Assembly (NCBI GenBank): GCA_034437535.1
Contig: DAOTTZ010000029.1
Coordinates: 6,367 to 70,366, forward strand
Reading direction: 5' to 3'
DNA from: Anaerolineae bacterium
Lineage (GTDB): Bacteria > Chloroflexota > Anaerolineae > Aggregatilineales > Phototrophicaceae
Length of the DNA: 64,000 nucleotides
Shown here: positions 63,901 to 64,000 of the stretch, piece by piece
How the letters are laid out: every line of letters begins with the position of its first letter
How positions within the stretch are numbered: position 1 is the first letter of the stretch
Notes under the pieces: model-generated
The model's input: only the letters and a program-made list of their open reading frames with translations
Database searches by the model: none
What the model was told of the DNA's origin: nothing
Made by a program: the position numbers and the translations under genes

Positions 63901-64000
63901 ATGAACAGGGAAAAACGGGTAAACTGGGCACAGGGCAGACAAGAAGGAAAAGTCGATGAGCAAGAAAGCCGTTTACCGTCCGCGTAACTGGAAAGCCTAT
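63889..64000 (+). mobile_element. IS5-family (IS903-group) insertion sequence, left end (partial)
   Basis: GGGCGTTGTTGAATGAACAGG...CGGGTAA closely matches the IS903 left inverted repeat GGCTTTGTTGAATAAATCAG...CGGGTAA. Transposase ORF starts 67 nt inside. Confidence 0.6.
63957..64000 (+). CDS. IS5/IS903-group transposase, N-terminus (partial)
   Basis: MSKKAVYRPRNWKAY... resembles the IS903 transposase N-terminus (MAKQKFKITNWSTYN...). Runs off the window end. Confidence 0.5.

Noticed and set aside
1-64000. CRISPR arrays, rRNA genes, integrases or prophage modules
   Set aside because: No regularly spaced direct repeats, no rRNA signature sequences, and no integrase, terminase or portal-like ORFs were seen. 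The only mobile-element signal is the IS end at 63889.

Overview
High-GC (~60%) bacterial chromosomal window with about 67 protein-coding genes, one tRNA-Arg(ACG) and the first ~110 bp of an IS5-family (IS903-group) insertion sequence at the 3' edge. The supplied ORF track treats TTG and GTG as Met, so several starts were re-placed using RBS and terminator positions. No rRNA genes or CRISPR arrays are present. Housekeeping content: rpmB, prfA-prmC, dprA, class-3 fructose-1,6-bisphosphatase, msrA, a CysM-like cysteine synthase, an HtrA-like protease and an Elp3-like radical-SAM/GNAT protein. Accessory content is dominated by secreted or membrane proteins: family-5 SBP with an SH3b tail, VIT-VWA protein, Hanks kinase, M28/M19/S10/M6-like peptidases, FGE-like lipoprotein, PQQ sugar dehydrogenase, NHL propeller, and a GT-C glycosyltransferase plus SGNH hydrolase operon. 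Small signalling modules include two tandem CheY-like receivers, a receiver-PAS-adenylate cyclase, and two tandem Roadblock-like paralogs. The observations I consider most worth follow-up are (i) a Cys-codon-rich 19-aa leader ORF plus an intrinsic-terminator-like structure in the 5' leader of the cysteine synthase gene, (ii) an NfeD-like membrane protein translationally coupled to a G-domain-less EF-G domain IV/V homolog, separate from the canonical NfeD-flotillin pair, (iii) a stand-alone TARG1/DarG-like macro domain with a polybasic tail and no DarT, (iv) a ~175-bp nested-inverted-repeat element between fbp and a MoxR/CbbQ-type ATPase, (v) a four-gene translationally coupled operon of unknowns ending in a secreted NHL propeller, and (vi) an IS903-like insertion that truncates a sensor-domain gene. 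All family assignments are from motif reading by eye; no database searches were run.
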